A stretch of 64,000 nucleotides of DNA, taken from the NCBI GenBank assembly GCA_964016885.1, contig OZ024753.1, positions 20,522,001 through 20,586,000 of the forward strand, written 5' to 3'. The translations under genes and the position numbers were made by a program. Below are positions 44,366 to 59,259 of this stretch, piece by piece. Under the pieces are notes generated by a model that was not told the DNA's origin, did no database searches, and saw nothing but the letters and a program-made list of their open reading frames with translations. Position 1 is the stretch's first letter, and each line of letters opens with the position of its first letter. The stretch is from Eledone cirrhosa. Its lineage: Eukaryota.

Positions 44366-44425
44366 TTTCATTCTGAGGATTGAAAGCAAAACCTTTTGCT
44401 TTTAAGAAACCACTGGTAAATGGAA
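44366..44425 (+). ncRNA. Type I hammerhead ribozyme, family D
   Basis: tttcatt-CTGAGGA-ttgaaagcaaaa-cc-ttttgcttttaa-GAAA-ccactgg-TA-aatggaa. Confidence 0.8.
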
Positions 44426-44451
44426 TAATTGCCTTATGTTGTTTATTACAT

Positions 44452-44921
<470 letters not shown>

Positions 44922-44963
44922 GCAATATTAAATAAATGGAAACTATATTTATAAAACCATATT

Positions 44964-45029
44964 TATTTCATTATATATATTTCAGGGATATCATATTAAC
45001 AATATGCTATGCCTTCCTCAGACAAAATA
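44964..45029 (-). ncRNA. Type I hammerhead ribozyme, family C
   Basis: Reverse complement of 48047-48112, in sense orientation downstream of the ORF. Confidence 0.8.
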
Positions 45030-46391
45030 CAATATAAACAGTTTTATAGATAAATAGATTTGACATACCGTAACAACATCGACTTGTATTTGAAAAGTTG
45101 AATTGGCAGTGAAAAGATTGTACACAGAGAGAAAGAAAGAGAGAAAAAAGGAAACAAAGACAGAAAACGAAGAAAAAGAAGAAAAAAGAAGAAATGCATG
45201 GAACAAAATAGAGAGATGGAAAGATAGATAAAGAGAAGAACCTCATGTAAAGAAACAGAGAGATATATATATATAGAGAGAGAGAGAGGAAATAGAGATA
45301 GATATACATATATAGAAAACTAGGTAGTGGGACGTCCGTTGAGTAAACGTATCAATGATACATTTATTTATTTATTTATTTATTTAGCTCTAGTATTAAT
45401 GTAAGGGAGATATATGTGGTTAGGATAGAAACCAGCTGTTATATAGAGAGAAAAATTAAAAATAACCAGACATAGGCGAGGCATAAAAATCCTGTTTTAA
45501 TGTAGAGGTATTAGTATGTATAAAATAAAAACCAGCCACTATATTGTAAATATCAGTATTCCTGAATGAGACATGTACCCATAATGTGTGAAAAGTAATG
45601 ATCCTATGTTTAGTTTTTTTTTTTAAATTCATATGTTTATGTGATAACTACAAACATCTATGTGAATTTACATGATCAACTCTGCAAACCCTAAGTTCAC
45701 GGAAAACATTCTCATTGTGCTATAAAAATTTAAGTATACATATATGTGTATATATATACACACAAATATATATAGAGTCAATATTACTACTATTCCTGTC
45801 TTTACTCTACAAGATTATCTATCAAGCAGAAATAGAGAGCAGATTTCAATATACTAATAAAAACATAAAAATATATATCAGAAACAAAACCAAAAAATAA
45901 CAATAATAATAATAATAATAAGTAATAATAAAATAGAAAACTAAAAAATATTACGAAAGAATATTACATATTAAAAATATTACATATTAAAAATATTAAA
46001 AATAAAAATATTAGAAAATACTACAATAATAAAAATAAACCACAAAGATCAACCCTTCAAAATTAATTGACAATATATTGCCAAGTTCATTATAAGCATC
46101 AGAGTCGAAAAACAGATAAAGCCAAAAATTATTCATCAAATCGCATCTAGCAAAGATCATTTCAAAAAGTTTAGGATGCCCATTTGGTCTACATGTGTTC
46201 TTATATTTAATATAGAAGTTTATCTAGTGTAAGGTTTATTCGAAATATTTGGAGCATCAAATTTTAGGGTAGCTTAATTTTTCATGAAGAATGTTTAAAT
46301 AAAAATAAAAATAAAAATAAAAAGAATAAAAAGAAGAAATCAAAGATTTATCGGCTAGTTTCCCATATAATTATAAATCAAACTAAATATA

Positions 46392-47450
46392 CTACATTTT
46401 AAATTTAAATTTATATTTAAACGTTGAGTTTAATCTATGTTTGCAGCAACTGAATAAATTTGTCCGTAGATTAAGGGAATTTTTAGATTTTAGTATAAAG
46501 AATATCTCCTCTGCGCAGAGGTCACATGTCTCAGAGGATGAATTAAAAGGAATCCCTCTTGAGACTATATTCCAAGCCGTCGAATATCTAACGTTATCTA
46601 GCTTAAGTTGCCAGAGTACGCCTGATAGTGCCGTTGAAGATTTTTTGCTTGGATCTGTGAAAGAATTCTTGTGGTTATTATAGCGAAGTTTAAATTCCGT
46701 CGATGTGGAACCGACGTAGTTAAAAGAATTAGAGTCAGTTGTAACATTACAATTGTATACTATATGTTTAACTAAGCAGTTGTTATTTAACGGACATTTA
46801 GATCTATCTCTACAGTTACATTTGTTAACTTGTATATTATTTATGCTATTATCACTAGGTTTTAAGTTCCTATTTATTCTATTAATATTTTGTGCTAAAT
46901 TTTTGGTGGATGAGTAGGTTAATTTTATTGTATGTCTATTGAAAATTGAGTGATACCTGTGTTCTAGGGAAGCGATTATCAAGAGCTTTAAAAAATAGTT
47001 TAGCGATGTGGGTTTTAATGTTTAGTGAGAAAGGGGGGGCAAACCAAATAATGTTCCTAGTTCTATTTCTTTTTTGGCCTTTGGAATTATTGTAATGCTT
47101 TCTATTATAGTTGTTAAGGTTGTTGCCGTAATTAAAATAGTTGTTATTTTGTTTAGTTTGTCTATCATTATCTATGTACATAATCTTATCAGCATATCCT
47201 GCTCTAGCTAATGCTTCATTGTAGTATTGGGCTTTTTCGTCGAAAATCTTTCTATTCGACGAGATCCTAGAGATACGTTTTTGAACAGAGTTTACTATAG
47301 TGTTTTTGACAGATCTGGGGTGGTTAGAGTTAAAGTTGACATAGTTTAAGTTTTCATTCAACTTGTGAAAAGGATAGTGAAGACATGTGTTGAGATTTAA
47401 TGTTATATCTAGGAAATTGACTATTCTATGGTTGTTCTCAATTTCTATTT
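46392..47450 (-). pseudogene. PLE ORF fragment (RT C-terminus, thumb, GIY-YIG) with one frameshift near 46960
   Basis: NFLDITLNL, YVNFNSNHP, IIWFAPPFS; second frame CNCRDRSKCPLNNNC, VYNC..YVGSTSTEFKLRYNNH, CDLCAEE. Confidence 0.9.
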
Positions 47451-48046
47451 TAAAAAAAACTAAACATAGGATCATTACTTTTCACACATTATGGGTACAT
47501 GTCTCATTCAGGAATACTGATATTTACAATATAGTGGCTGGTTTTTATTTTATACATACTAATACCTCTACATTAAAACATAGGGTTTTTATGCCTCGCC
47601 TATGTCTGGTTATTTTTAATTTTTCTCTCTATATAACAGCTGGTTTCTATCCTAACCACATATATCTCCCTTACATTAATACTAGAGCTAAATAAATAAA
47701 TAAATAAATAAATGTATCATTGATACGTTTACTCAACGGACGTCCCACTACCTAGTTTTCTATATATGTATATCTATCTCTATTTCCTCTCTCTCTCTCT
47801 ATATATATATATATCTCTGTTTCTTTACATGAGGTTCTTCTCTTTATCTATCTTTCCATCTCTCTATTTTGTTCCATGCATTTCTTCTTTTTTTCTTCTT
47901 TTTCTTCGTTTTCTGTCTTTGTTTCCTTTTTTCTCTCTTTCTTTCTCTCTGTGTACAATCTTTTCACTGCCAATTCAACTTTTCAAATACAAGTCGATGT
48001 TGTTACGGTATGTCAAATCTATTTATCTATAAAACTGTTTATATTG

Positions 48047-48112
48047 TATTTTGTCTGAGGAAGGCATAGCATATTGTTAATATGATATCCCTGAAATATA
48101 TATAATGAAATA
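48047..48112 (+). ncRNA. Type I hammerhead ribozyme, family C (inverted arm)
   Basis: tattttgt-CTGAGGA-aggcatagcatattgttaatatgatatccct-GAAA-tatata-TA-atgaaata. Confidence 0.8.
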
Positions 48113-48245
48113 AATATGGTTTTATAAATATAGTTTCCATTTATTTAATATTGTAAATATACTCCAAATACTTGTCGAGTGCTTTTATATCAGTTATAAA
48201 TATTTACTAGTTGTAACCCAACAATTTAAATATAACTTTCCATGT

Positions 48246-48360
48246 ATATATATATATGTATATTTATATATATACATATATATATATATGTATATATATA
48301 AATATACATATATATATATGTATATATACATATATACATATATATATATGTATATATGTA

Positions 48361-48392
<32 letters not shown>

Positions 48393-48444
48393 CATATATA
48401 TATGTATATATGTATATTTATATATACATATATATATATATACG

Positions 48445-48477
<33 letters not shown>

Positions 48478-48540
48478 GTATATATATATACATATATATA
48501 TATAAACGTATATATATATATACATATATATATATAAACG

Positions 48541-48593
<53 letters not shown>

Positions 48594-48610
48594 GTATATA
48601 TATATATACA

Positions 48611-48665
<55 letters not shown>
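48246..48665. repeat. Imperfect (TA)n microsatellite
   Basis: Direct inspection. Confidence 0.95.
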
Positions 48666-48670
<5 letters not shown>

Positions 48671-49200
48671 TACTCAATACAATAACAGAGAAAGCCTTAA
48701 GCTATACTCTGACTGGCTACCATCCCACTCAACAAACATTAGGATATACCTTAGTATAATCCCAATTTTGTGTTTGGGGTGCTAACTATATCTATTTTGT
48801 GGAAAGCGAATTGTATTATTTTATATGAGATATAATTAAAATTAAAATATATCTCTCTTTCCAAACAATTGTTTCATTATAAGTTTTCTACAAGTTGGGA
48901 GAATGTGTCCGGTTTATGTAGACGTCTGCATATTTTTCTGTAAGAACATATGCAGGTGGGCACTTATAAATCATCAGTGGATGCCCGTCAAACATTGATA
49001 TAAGAAAAAATTTCTTACCGCATTTATTTTTCGTGTCAGCAAATTGTCCTTCCACTCATCATAATGACCGCCAAATTTGAAATTCCAACAGTCTCAGAAT
49101 GAGGAATTTCACAGCGTCACAAAGCTGAAAAGGGAGGCAATCGCGATATATATGTGTATATATATATATATACATATATATATATACATATATATATATA

Positions 49201-49387
49201 TTAGAAATTAGAAATTATAAGCTTTCACCGTATGTTAGACTAAATAAATTTCTAGCCTTATAGTGGGGTTTATAACCCTCGGAGAAATGGAAAAAGATGA
49301 GTGTTGCCGTACATGGGAGTCGAACCCACATCTTTGGTTATCCAGACCACTGTCCTACCACGGTGAAAGCTTATAGTTTCTAATTTC
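49201..49387 (-). mobile_element. tRNA-derived SINE-like element, 5'-truncated, with 28-bp terminal inverted repeat
   Basis: Minus strand has B-box GGTTCGACTCC (49316-49326), a tggt/acca stem with 7-nt loop and a partial A-box TGGTAG; tail atttcta-atttcta; 49204-49231 and 49360-49387 are inverted repeats (1 mismatch). Confidence 0.6.
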
Positions 49388-49932
<545 letters not shown>

Positions 49933-50005
49933 GTTGTTATACTTTGGGAGGGTCATGTTTCCAATAAGAAACACACGCACCAGTTGCTTTCACTTCAATT
50001 TATTA

Positions 50006-50823
50006 TCTATATATATAAAACTGTGGTTGTCTGTCTGTCTATCGATTTTTGGCACACATCTCCTCTTAGAATCTCTCACGGAATTGCACCGAAATTGCTA
50101 TACTTGTACATTGAGCCCTAGCGAAGACATCGGAAAAAAAAATTTCAAATTGACCCACCCTATGTGACGAAATCGAATATAATGTATCGATTTTTGAGCG
50201 TAAGTTATCAGTTATTTCCCTTTGTTCTGTTTACATTGAGCGACTTACGTAAAAAATTACGCTGGCTTTCTCAGCGTTTAAAATGACATTAACACAATAC
50301 ACGAACAGACAGTTGTCGAGCCAGCAAAATATTGACCTGCAAAATTCATCAGTTCCAACACTAAGCTTCCGTTTTGCTTCAGTTCCATTTAAAAGCATTT
50401 TAAAACAATATTTTTACTTGAAAACAAGTCTATTTAAAGACTACGTAAAACAAGCAAATATTTCAGGCGTGCAGACAGACAGTCGTGCAGAGAGGTGATA
50501 TAGGCGTGCAGACAGACATAACTGATAATTTGGTTACGCTAATGTTTTTCTCTGCGTTACAGTGTTTACATTTTCGATCTTTGTTAATAAATAACCAGTG
50601 CAGTTTTTATCCCCAGCATCCTCTTTTGTTATAACATTCGGGTTATCGTTATGTTTTCTTAACTTCATAAGGCATATTGTTGGTTGAGGGAATATTAATC
50701 GAAAACACCACATGCAAGTCTGCACAGTAGAGACTACAGTTTTTAAGCCAAGAAAGAAACTTAACATTGTAACTTTAACACAGCTACTGAGCGACCCCGA
50801 GCAACGCCGGGCTTTACTGCTAG
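50006..50823 (+). mobile_element. Non-autonomous Helitron
   Basis: Starts TCTATATATATAAAA after A; (TGTC)n near the 5' end; GC hairpin cccgagcaacgccggg (50796-50811); ends CTAG before T; no TSD. Confidence 0.85.
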
Positions 50824-50918
50824 TATATTTATAAACTTATAAATCTACAAATTTACAAACTTATAAATTTCTGGTTGGTTGGTTGGTTCCACAACCAGAT
50901 AGTTGTTTATATATATAT

Positions 50919-50963
50919 AGTCATAGTCCTTTCGTCACACACTCTGTGACCTCTTCAGTGACT
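50919..50963 (-). ncRNA. Type I hammerhead ribozyme, family B
   Basis: Minus strand: agtca-CTGAAGA-g-gtcaca-gagtg-tgtgac-GAAA-ggac-TA-tgact. Confidence 0.75.
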
Positions 50964-51270
50964 GGGGATTCCTTTCTTCGTTTCTGTGCCTTTCCTTTCT
51001 TCTATCCTACGCCATTTTGTTTCTGTGTGTGTGTTGTGTGCTCAGTTTGCGCATGCGCCACATCCGGGTGTCTGTGTGTGTTTGTGTTCATTTTTCTATT
51101 TTTATATTTATATTTTTCTATTTGTTTATTTATTTATTTATTTATTGTTGGTTGGTTGTTTGTTCTATGTGTGTGTGTGTTTTCATTTTGTCCTGTGTGT
51201 GTTTTCATTTTGTGTGTGTTTTCAATTGTAAGTTGTTTGTTCTATGTGTGTGTGTGTTTTCATTTTGTCC

Positions 51271-52410
51271 TTAATTGTAAGTTGTGATGTTGCTGTTCCA
51301 CTCATATTTTCTATTTAATTTTGGTTTTAATTCTTTTATGCTTACTGCCTCTGTAATTTGCCTAAACATTGCGTCTCTTCTGTGTGTGGATTCTATTTTT
51401 ATTTCTATGCTCTCTAATCTACCCCTGTGTTCTATCTTAGCATGTTGGTAGAGCACAGATGATTCTTTATTATCTTGGAGGTCTCGCCAGTGTTCATTTA
51501 TTCGTTCCCCTATACTACGAGCTGTCTCACCTATGTACACTATATTTTTGTTTCTACATTGTCCTTCAGTACATCTTATGCTATACACTACATTTCTAGT
51601 TTTACAGTTAATATGGGGGCTTATTTTACAGGTTATACATTTCTTATCTATACATGAGGGTCTTTGGAACGGGTATGTCTTGCTAATAAGTGTTTTTACG
51701 GAGGTACCAGGTCTTTCTACTATCTTAATATTGAGATTATGTTTATTTAGGGCCCTTCTAAATTTGTAGGCTAGTTCGCCTCTAGGGGTTGTATTGATGA
51801 ACATTACACTCTGGTATTTATTGCTATCATACCATGAGTTTATTCTATTGGCCTTGTTCCTAGTTCTTTCTATTCTATTCCAAAATTTGCTCCTATACAA
51901 GGGGCAGGTCCCATTTATGTCATTATTTACCATTTTTTCCCATTTGGTTCTGGCTCCTTTATACACTCTGATTCTATCTCTCTGATTGTAGCCAGAGAAC
52001 TGCATACGGTGGATGAAGTGTTGTATGTGTCTCTCTAGTTGTTCGGGGTTGCACATGCGGCACACATTTCTCATCACCCGTACCAAATCCGCAATCAGTA
52101 TGTTGATTTTGGTATGGTCCGAAATGGCCGAGTTTCGGTGGATCAGATGTTTGGAAGTCATGGGCTGGCATAATGGGAATGGAGGATTTGTTTTTGGTTG
52201 TTAATGGTATCTAACCAGAGCTCTGTGTCTAGTACAGGTAATCGATGGTTGGGGTGTCTACTTGGGTAGTCTATAGTAACTCTAATGCTCTGGTGGATGG
52301 AGTTTGCTATTTGCTGGATGCTTTCCATTGTGTTTTTCTCTAGTTCCTGACTGTTCTTTAGTGGGGGTGTCATAACTACGATGTTTATATCATCTACGTA
52401 GCGGGAGTAC
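51271..52410 (-). pseudogene. PLE RT (from YVDD) plus GIY-YIG endonuclease, frameshift near 52160
   Basis: YSRYVDDI, LPVLDTELW; then CIDKKCITC, VVYSIRC..VYIGETARSIGERINEH, RQITEAVSI..LNRKYEW. Confidence 0.9.
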
Positions 52411-54562
<2,152 letters not shown>

Positions 54563-54889
54563 GATAAATCTACCAAAAGTTTACGGTAGTGTCCAATCCG
54601 TATGAAGAACTCAATGTAATCCGGATATCATGAAAAGAGAAGATGCATTCAAAAACTACTTTCGGTGAAAAATAAACGGAAAACAGAGTCAAGATAAATT
54701 ATTAAAAAAATAATGAATAAACAAAGAAACAGTTCCTTATATTAAACAAAAAAAGTTCATTATTTTACGATCGTTCCTCGGATATATATGTGTTAGAATT
54801 AGTATGCATATTCTATAGATCTATGTACAATATTTATACAAACTATCAGAGGGAATATACATACCTTCACATATATATGCTGTCTTCAG

Positions 54890-54974
<85 letters not shown>

Positions 54975-54997
54975 TATGTATATATATATATATATAT

Positions 54998-56943
54998 GTG
55001 TGACTGGTGGTTGATCTACCCTCTCTGAAGCCGTTCTGGTTGTCCCTGAGCTTCTTCTCCATCTCAGGCTGGATTCTGTTAAGAATCATCCTGTTGAGGG
55101 TCTTTGCCACAAGTGACGTCAGTGAGATCCCCCGGTAGTTGTTGGTGTTAGAGAGATCTCCCTTCTTTGGCACTGGGACGATGTTACTGATCCTCCACTG
55201 ATTCGGGGCAACTCCTTTCTCCAGTGCCCCGTTACAGAACCCCAGGATGATATCATCAAAATCACACCTCTTCATCACCTCTGATGCCACTCCATCTTCT
55301 CCATGAGCCTTGCCCTCCTTGATCTTCTTCTTGGCTCTCTGAAGCTCCTCTCTGGTGAAGGGCTCTGTCTCAACATCCAGTTCCTCAAACAGCAGCCTGA
55401 TCTCCCCAGTGCTCTGGGCTGTGGAGGGTGGCTCTCCTAGTAGGGTCCTAAAATGGTCTAGCCATTTCCTCTTCCTATCCTCGGGCCCCGTTCCCTGGAT
55501 CTGACTCGAACACCTTTTCTTTCTCCCTGTGATCTCGTTGATGATCATCCAGCTCTCCTTACATCCAGATCTGTCAACCGCTCTCTCCACACTTCTGATC
55601 TTCTCTATCAGTGCCTCCTCTCTGACCTCAGTGTAAGCGGTACAGAGCTCTTCCCTCATCACCTCGACAGTCTCCATCCTCTCCTCCGTAGGATCAGCAT
55701 AGAATTGGTCCCTGGCAGCTTTCAGGTGTTCTCTGGCTGCACACACTTTTGGGTTTGCAGAGCTGACGTGCTTCTCTTTGTTCTTTTTCCTCGGCACCAG
55801 GGTTTCACTTGCTTTCGCCTCTGCATTGGTGAAGTGCCCGTACCTCCTCGTCACACTCTCCCCAGTCCATCCAATCTCTCTCTCCTCTGACTCTCCACAC
55901 AGAGCACTAAACCTGTTTCTCACTTCCACTGTGAACCTCTCCTGTAGCTTATCATCTTCCTTGAAAGCTCCCCAGTCATAGATTGTTCTCCGGGGCTGAG
56001 CCTTGCTCTTTCTTAAGTTCACGCGGACCTCACTCATAACAAGCCGGTGGTCACTACCCAGTGTACTGAAATAGCTGTATGGTTCCGTGTTCAGACCACT
56101 ATTCCGCCACTTTTTCCTCACCAGAATGAAATCAATTTGGGACTTGGACAGGTGCATATCTGAGATGTAGGTCCACATCTTCCCCAGATTCTTCCTAAAC
56201 CTTAGGTTGGTCGCCATCAAGTTCGCCTCCAGCAGGGTGTCTCTCAGTAGTCTTCCATTTCGGTTGGTGTTGTTATGGAAGTACCAGCAAGGATCTTCAC
56301 TGCCCTCCTTACTCAGATGTGCATTGAAGTCCCCCAAAACAAGCAGGATATTGTGTGCCTGAGTGGTGTTGACAGCTCTACACACCTCCTCATGGAACTC
56401 CTCGGCATTCACATCACTGTCCCCCTCGGTTGGACTATAGGTTGAGATGACTGTCAGTCTTGGGTTTCCATTGAAGGTCACCCTCAACACTCGCGGGGAG
56501 ATAGGCATTATTTCCCTCACCAACAGATTGGATTTTGCACTGAACACAAAACCCACTCCTCCTACTGCAGCATTTGTTGTGTTCTTCACTGCCGATGTAG
56601 TGATGAGCTGGCTCTTCCTCCCGATCATCACACTCCTCACGGGCTCATCGTGTAGAATCCTGTGTTCTTGGATCGCAAGTATCTGTATACCACTCTCCTC
56701 GAACAGATGTCCCAACTCCTCTCTCTTCTCCAGCGTTCGAATAGTCCTCACATTCAAAGTGCCCATTTTGATGGCTCTTCTGCAGGACAAAACTGCATTC
56801 TTTATATTTGTCTCAGAGACAGCTGATCCATCATCCACTGGCCCTCACTGTGGCTCTAAGCCAGCAGAGTCATGACGACCAGGCTGCTCCTTGACAGTGT
56901 AATTAGGGGCTCTAACCCTAGTGCTGTTAGATCGACTCTCCAT
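54998..56943 (-). pseudogene. LINE ORF 5' part: AP endonuclease plus RT N-terminus (ATG 56943, in-frame TGA at 56845-56847)
   Basis: GTLNVRT, IQEH, YSPT, GDFNAH, IDFIL, SDH; PVPKKGD..NYRGISL, QNGFR. Confidence 0.9.
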
Positions 56944-57150
56944 ATTTCTTTTCAATGGCTGACAATACCTTACCGGCGCCACTCGAATAAGGTAGTTATT
57001 TAACCCATAAATGGAGCCCTAACAGGTACTACCACCCCGGGCCAGGGCAGACCTGGGAGTCATGACAACTAAGGGGTAACTCCACATTCCCCACATCTCC
57101 TGAACTCCCGAATTGGAGCCTTGCCACTGGATGTGGTTTAATGTCATACC

Positions 57151-58299
57151 CTGATACTGAGGAGGATATTAGAGGGAGCTAGAGCAAAGTGCCTTCCTGC
57201 GGTCATGGTTTTCATTGACTTTAGGAAGGCCTTTGATTCTGTGGACGGTTACTGCCTGATGAAGATCTTACAGGCTTATGGAATCCCCAAGAGGATAGTG
57301 GACATGATATCACTGCTCTACACCAACACCAAAGCCCAAGTCATTACACCTGATGGGATGACAGAGTTCTTTGAGATAATGGCTGGAGTGCTCCAGGGAG
57401 ATACATTGGCTCCCTACCTTTTTATCATCGCAGTGGACTATTGTATGCGCCTTGCACTGGAGAAACACCAGGACTCTGGCTTTACTGTAGCACCGGCTCA
57501 GAGCAGGAGAGTTCGGGCGAAAAAGGTATCGGATGCTGAATTTGCCGACGACATAGTTTTGGTGACAAATACAGTGAAGGAGGCAGAGGATTTGATGCGG
57601 GAGGTTGAGACTGTGTCGATGAGTGTGGGGCTTAGAATGAATGAGACTAAAACAAAATATCTGGTAGAGAATGTTGAGAAGCCAGAGGGGATCACTAATG
57701 TAGGCGGGAAGCCGCTGGAATTGGTTGAGGACTTCCTGTATTTGGGAGCAAAGATTGGGAATACGGAAGATGATGTGGTTGAGAGGAAGAGCAAGGCCTG
57801 GGCGGCGTGTCACAGCTTGAGATCGGTGTGGAAGTCGGACCTTCGTAGAGACCTGAAAATCCGCCTCTTCATTGCTGTAGTGGAGTCTGTGCTGCTGTAT
57901 GGGTCTGAGACTTGGACACTGACCAAGAGACTCACTCAGATGGTGGATGGGTGCTACACGAGAATGCTGAGGATGGCTCTGAACATTAATCAGTATACCC
58001 TGAGGATGAAAATCTCAGAGCTGTATGGGAGCATCCCAAAAGTCAGCTCAAATGTGACACAGAGGAGACTGAGTTTGGCTGGACCTGCTCACCGACATCC
58101 AGAGTTGACATTGCACTCAGTGCTCCTTTGGGAGCCCCTACATGGACACACTAGAAAAGGAAGACCAAGGTTAACATATGTTGATGCCCTAAGGACAGAC
58201 ACTGGTCTGTTGGAGATGCAGGATATGGCAGCGATAATGAGGGACAGAAACCGCTGGAGAGAACTCGTCCATGGATCTCGGGAATTTTACCCGCCTTAG
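57151..58299 (+). pseudogene. LINE ORF 3' part: reverse transcriptase core and C-terminus
   Basis: FIDFRKAFDSV, GVLQGDTLAP, FADD, FLYLG, LLYGSETW, RKGRPR. Confidence 0.92.
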
Positions 58300-58332
58300 A
58301 TAGATAGATAGATATATATATGTATATATATA

Positions 58333-58382
58333 TTGAGTACCTTACTTACTGTGGTTACCTCCGATTCAACCCGGAATAACGT
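58333..58382 (+). repeat. Short fragment of the family D element
   Basis: ttgagtaccttacttactgtggttacctccgattcaacccggaataacg resembles 44082-44130. Confidence 0.65.
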
Positions 58383-58401
58383 ATATGTATATATATATAT
58401 A

Positions 58402-59131
58402 TAGTATTAATAGTATTAATTATACTATTTATGGTTATATAGATACAAAAACCTTTTGCAGTTATATATATGTTTTTATACAAACCCTAAATAGTGGTAG
58501 GCAGTAATATATTACTACCCTATTACCAGTAAGTTAAGTAGCTCCATGTAAAAACATCAGATGATTTACAGAGCAGTTATATGAAATATAAGAATCAAAG
58601 AACTGTTTAAAACATTTTTATGCTTACAACTGTTTCCTCCAAACCGAGGTTTGGATTCTTCGGAGCAATTTATTAATGAATGAACACTTATATGACCTAC
58701 TTTTCACCCAAGAGACATACAGATACATATGCAAATATTGTGGGTCAACATTCATTACAGCATTTAGAGTGGCAGTACACACTTAGAGATTACATTCATA
58801 TTAAAAGATACAATCAAAAATACAGGTTAAAATACAACATGAAAATAAGCGGTTATATAGTGCAAATGTTATATGTGTTGCAAGCACGTGCGTCTTGTTT
58901 ATATAGTGTGGCAGAGAGTTACGTGTAGTAGAAGCACTTAGGTAGGTAAACAAGAGTGTTAGGTTGGTTGATTTGGTGGCAAATTCTTTATATGATTGTT
59001 ATAGTCTGTGTGTGGTGAAATGATATAAGCATTAAAAATAGTGCAAGCATTAAGAATATTAAAAATATTTAAAATATTGGAAATGCACAGCGAAGGGATG
59101 TTATGGACTTCATGTACTTCGACATTTTCAT
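58402..59131 (-). mobile_element. Second, unrearranged copy of family F
   Basis: Similar to both arms of 35141-35942. Confidence 0.7.
58621..58667 (-). ncRNA. Hammerhead-like motif, family F (CCGAAGA core variant)
   Basis: Same motif as 35853-35899. Confidence 0.6.
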
Positions 59132-59259
59132 AGTCAGGGGAATGTATTTTTCAGATTATATGCCCCTCACATAATCCACGACAATTCGATATTGAGCGTT
59201 TGACAATCCAGTTAGAGAATCGTAGTCTGATGTTCTTTAGTTCAATACAGGAGGATGTT

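Larger units (their letters stand above)
44923..48245 (-). mobile_element. Penelope-like element, Naiad-type family C, 5'-truncated, with ~700-bp inverted 5' pLTR
   Basis: 44923-~45626 and ~47450-48153 are near-identical inverted repeats flanking a frameshifted PLE ORF; (TA)n flanks. Confidence 0.9.
50919..52410 (-). mobile_element. 5'-truncated Penelope-like element, family B (Neptune-like)
   Basis: RT YVDD motif through GIY-YIG, 3' region ending at a hammerhead next to (TA)n; C-x4-C-x2-C linker suggests Neptune clade (inference). Confidence 0.8.
54998..58312. mobile_element. Near full-length RTE-clade LINE with 5' inversion, (TAGA)4 tail, inserted in (TA)n
   Basis: Single APE+RT ORF split into a minus-strand 5' part and a plus-strand 3' part that continue each other (..GRSTTSH / LILRRILEG..); the stop codon is the first TAG of the tail. 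Confidence 0.9.

Noticed and set aside
48920-48990. CTGATGA..GAAA on the minus strand as another hammerhead
   Set aside because: Stem III cannot form and stems I and II are poor.
49303-49360. Functional tRNA gene
   Set aside because: The 5' acceptor strand and most of the D arm are missing; SINE-like body and tail follow.
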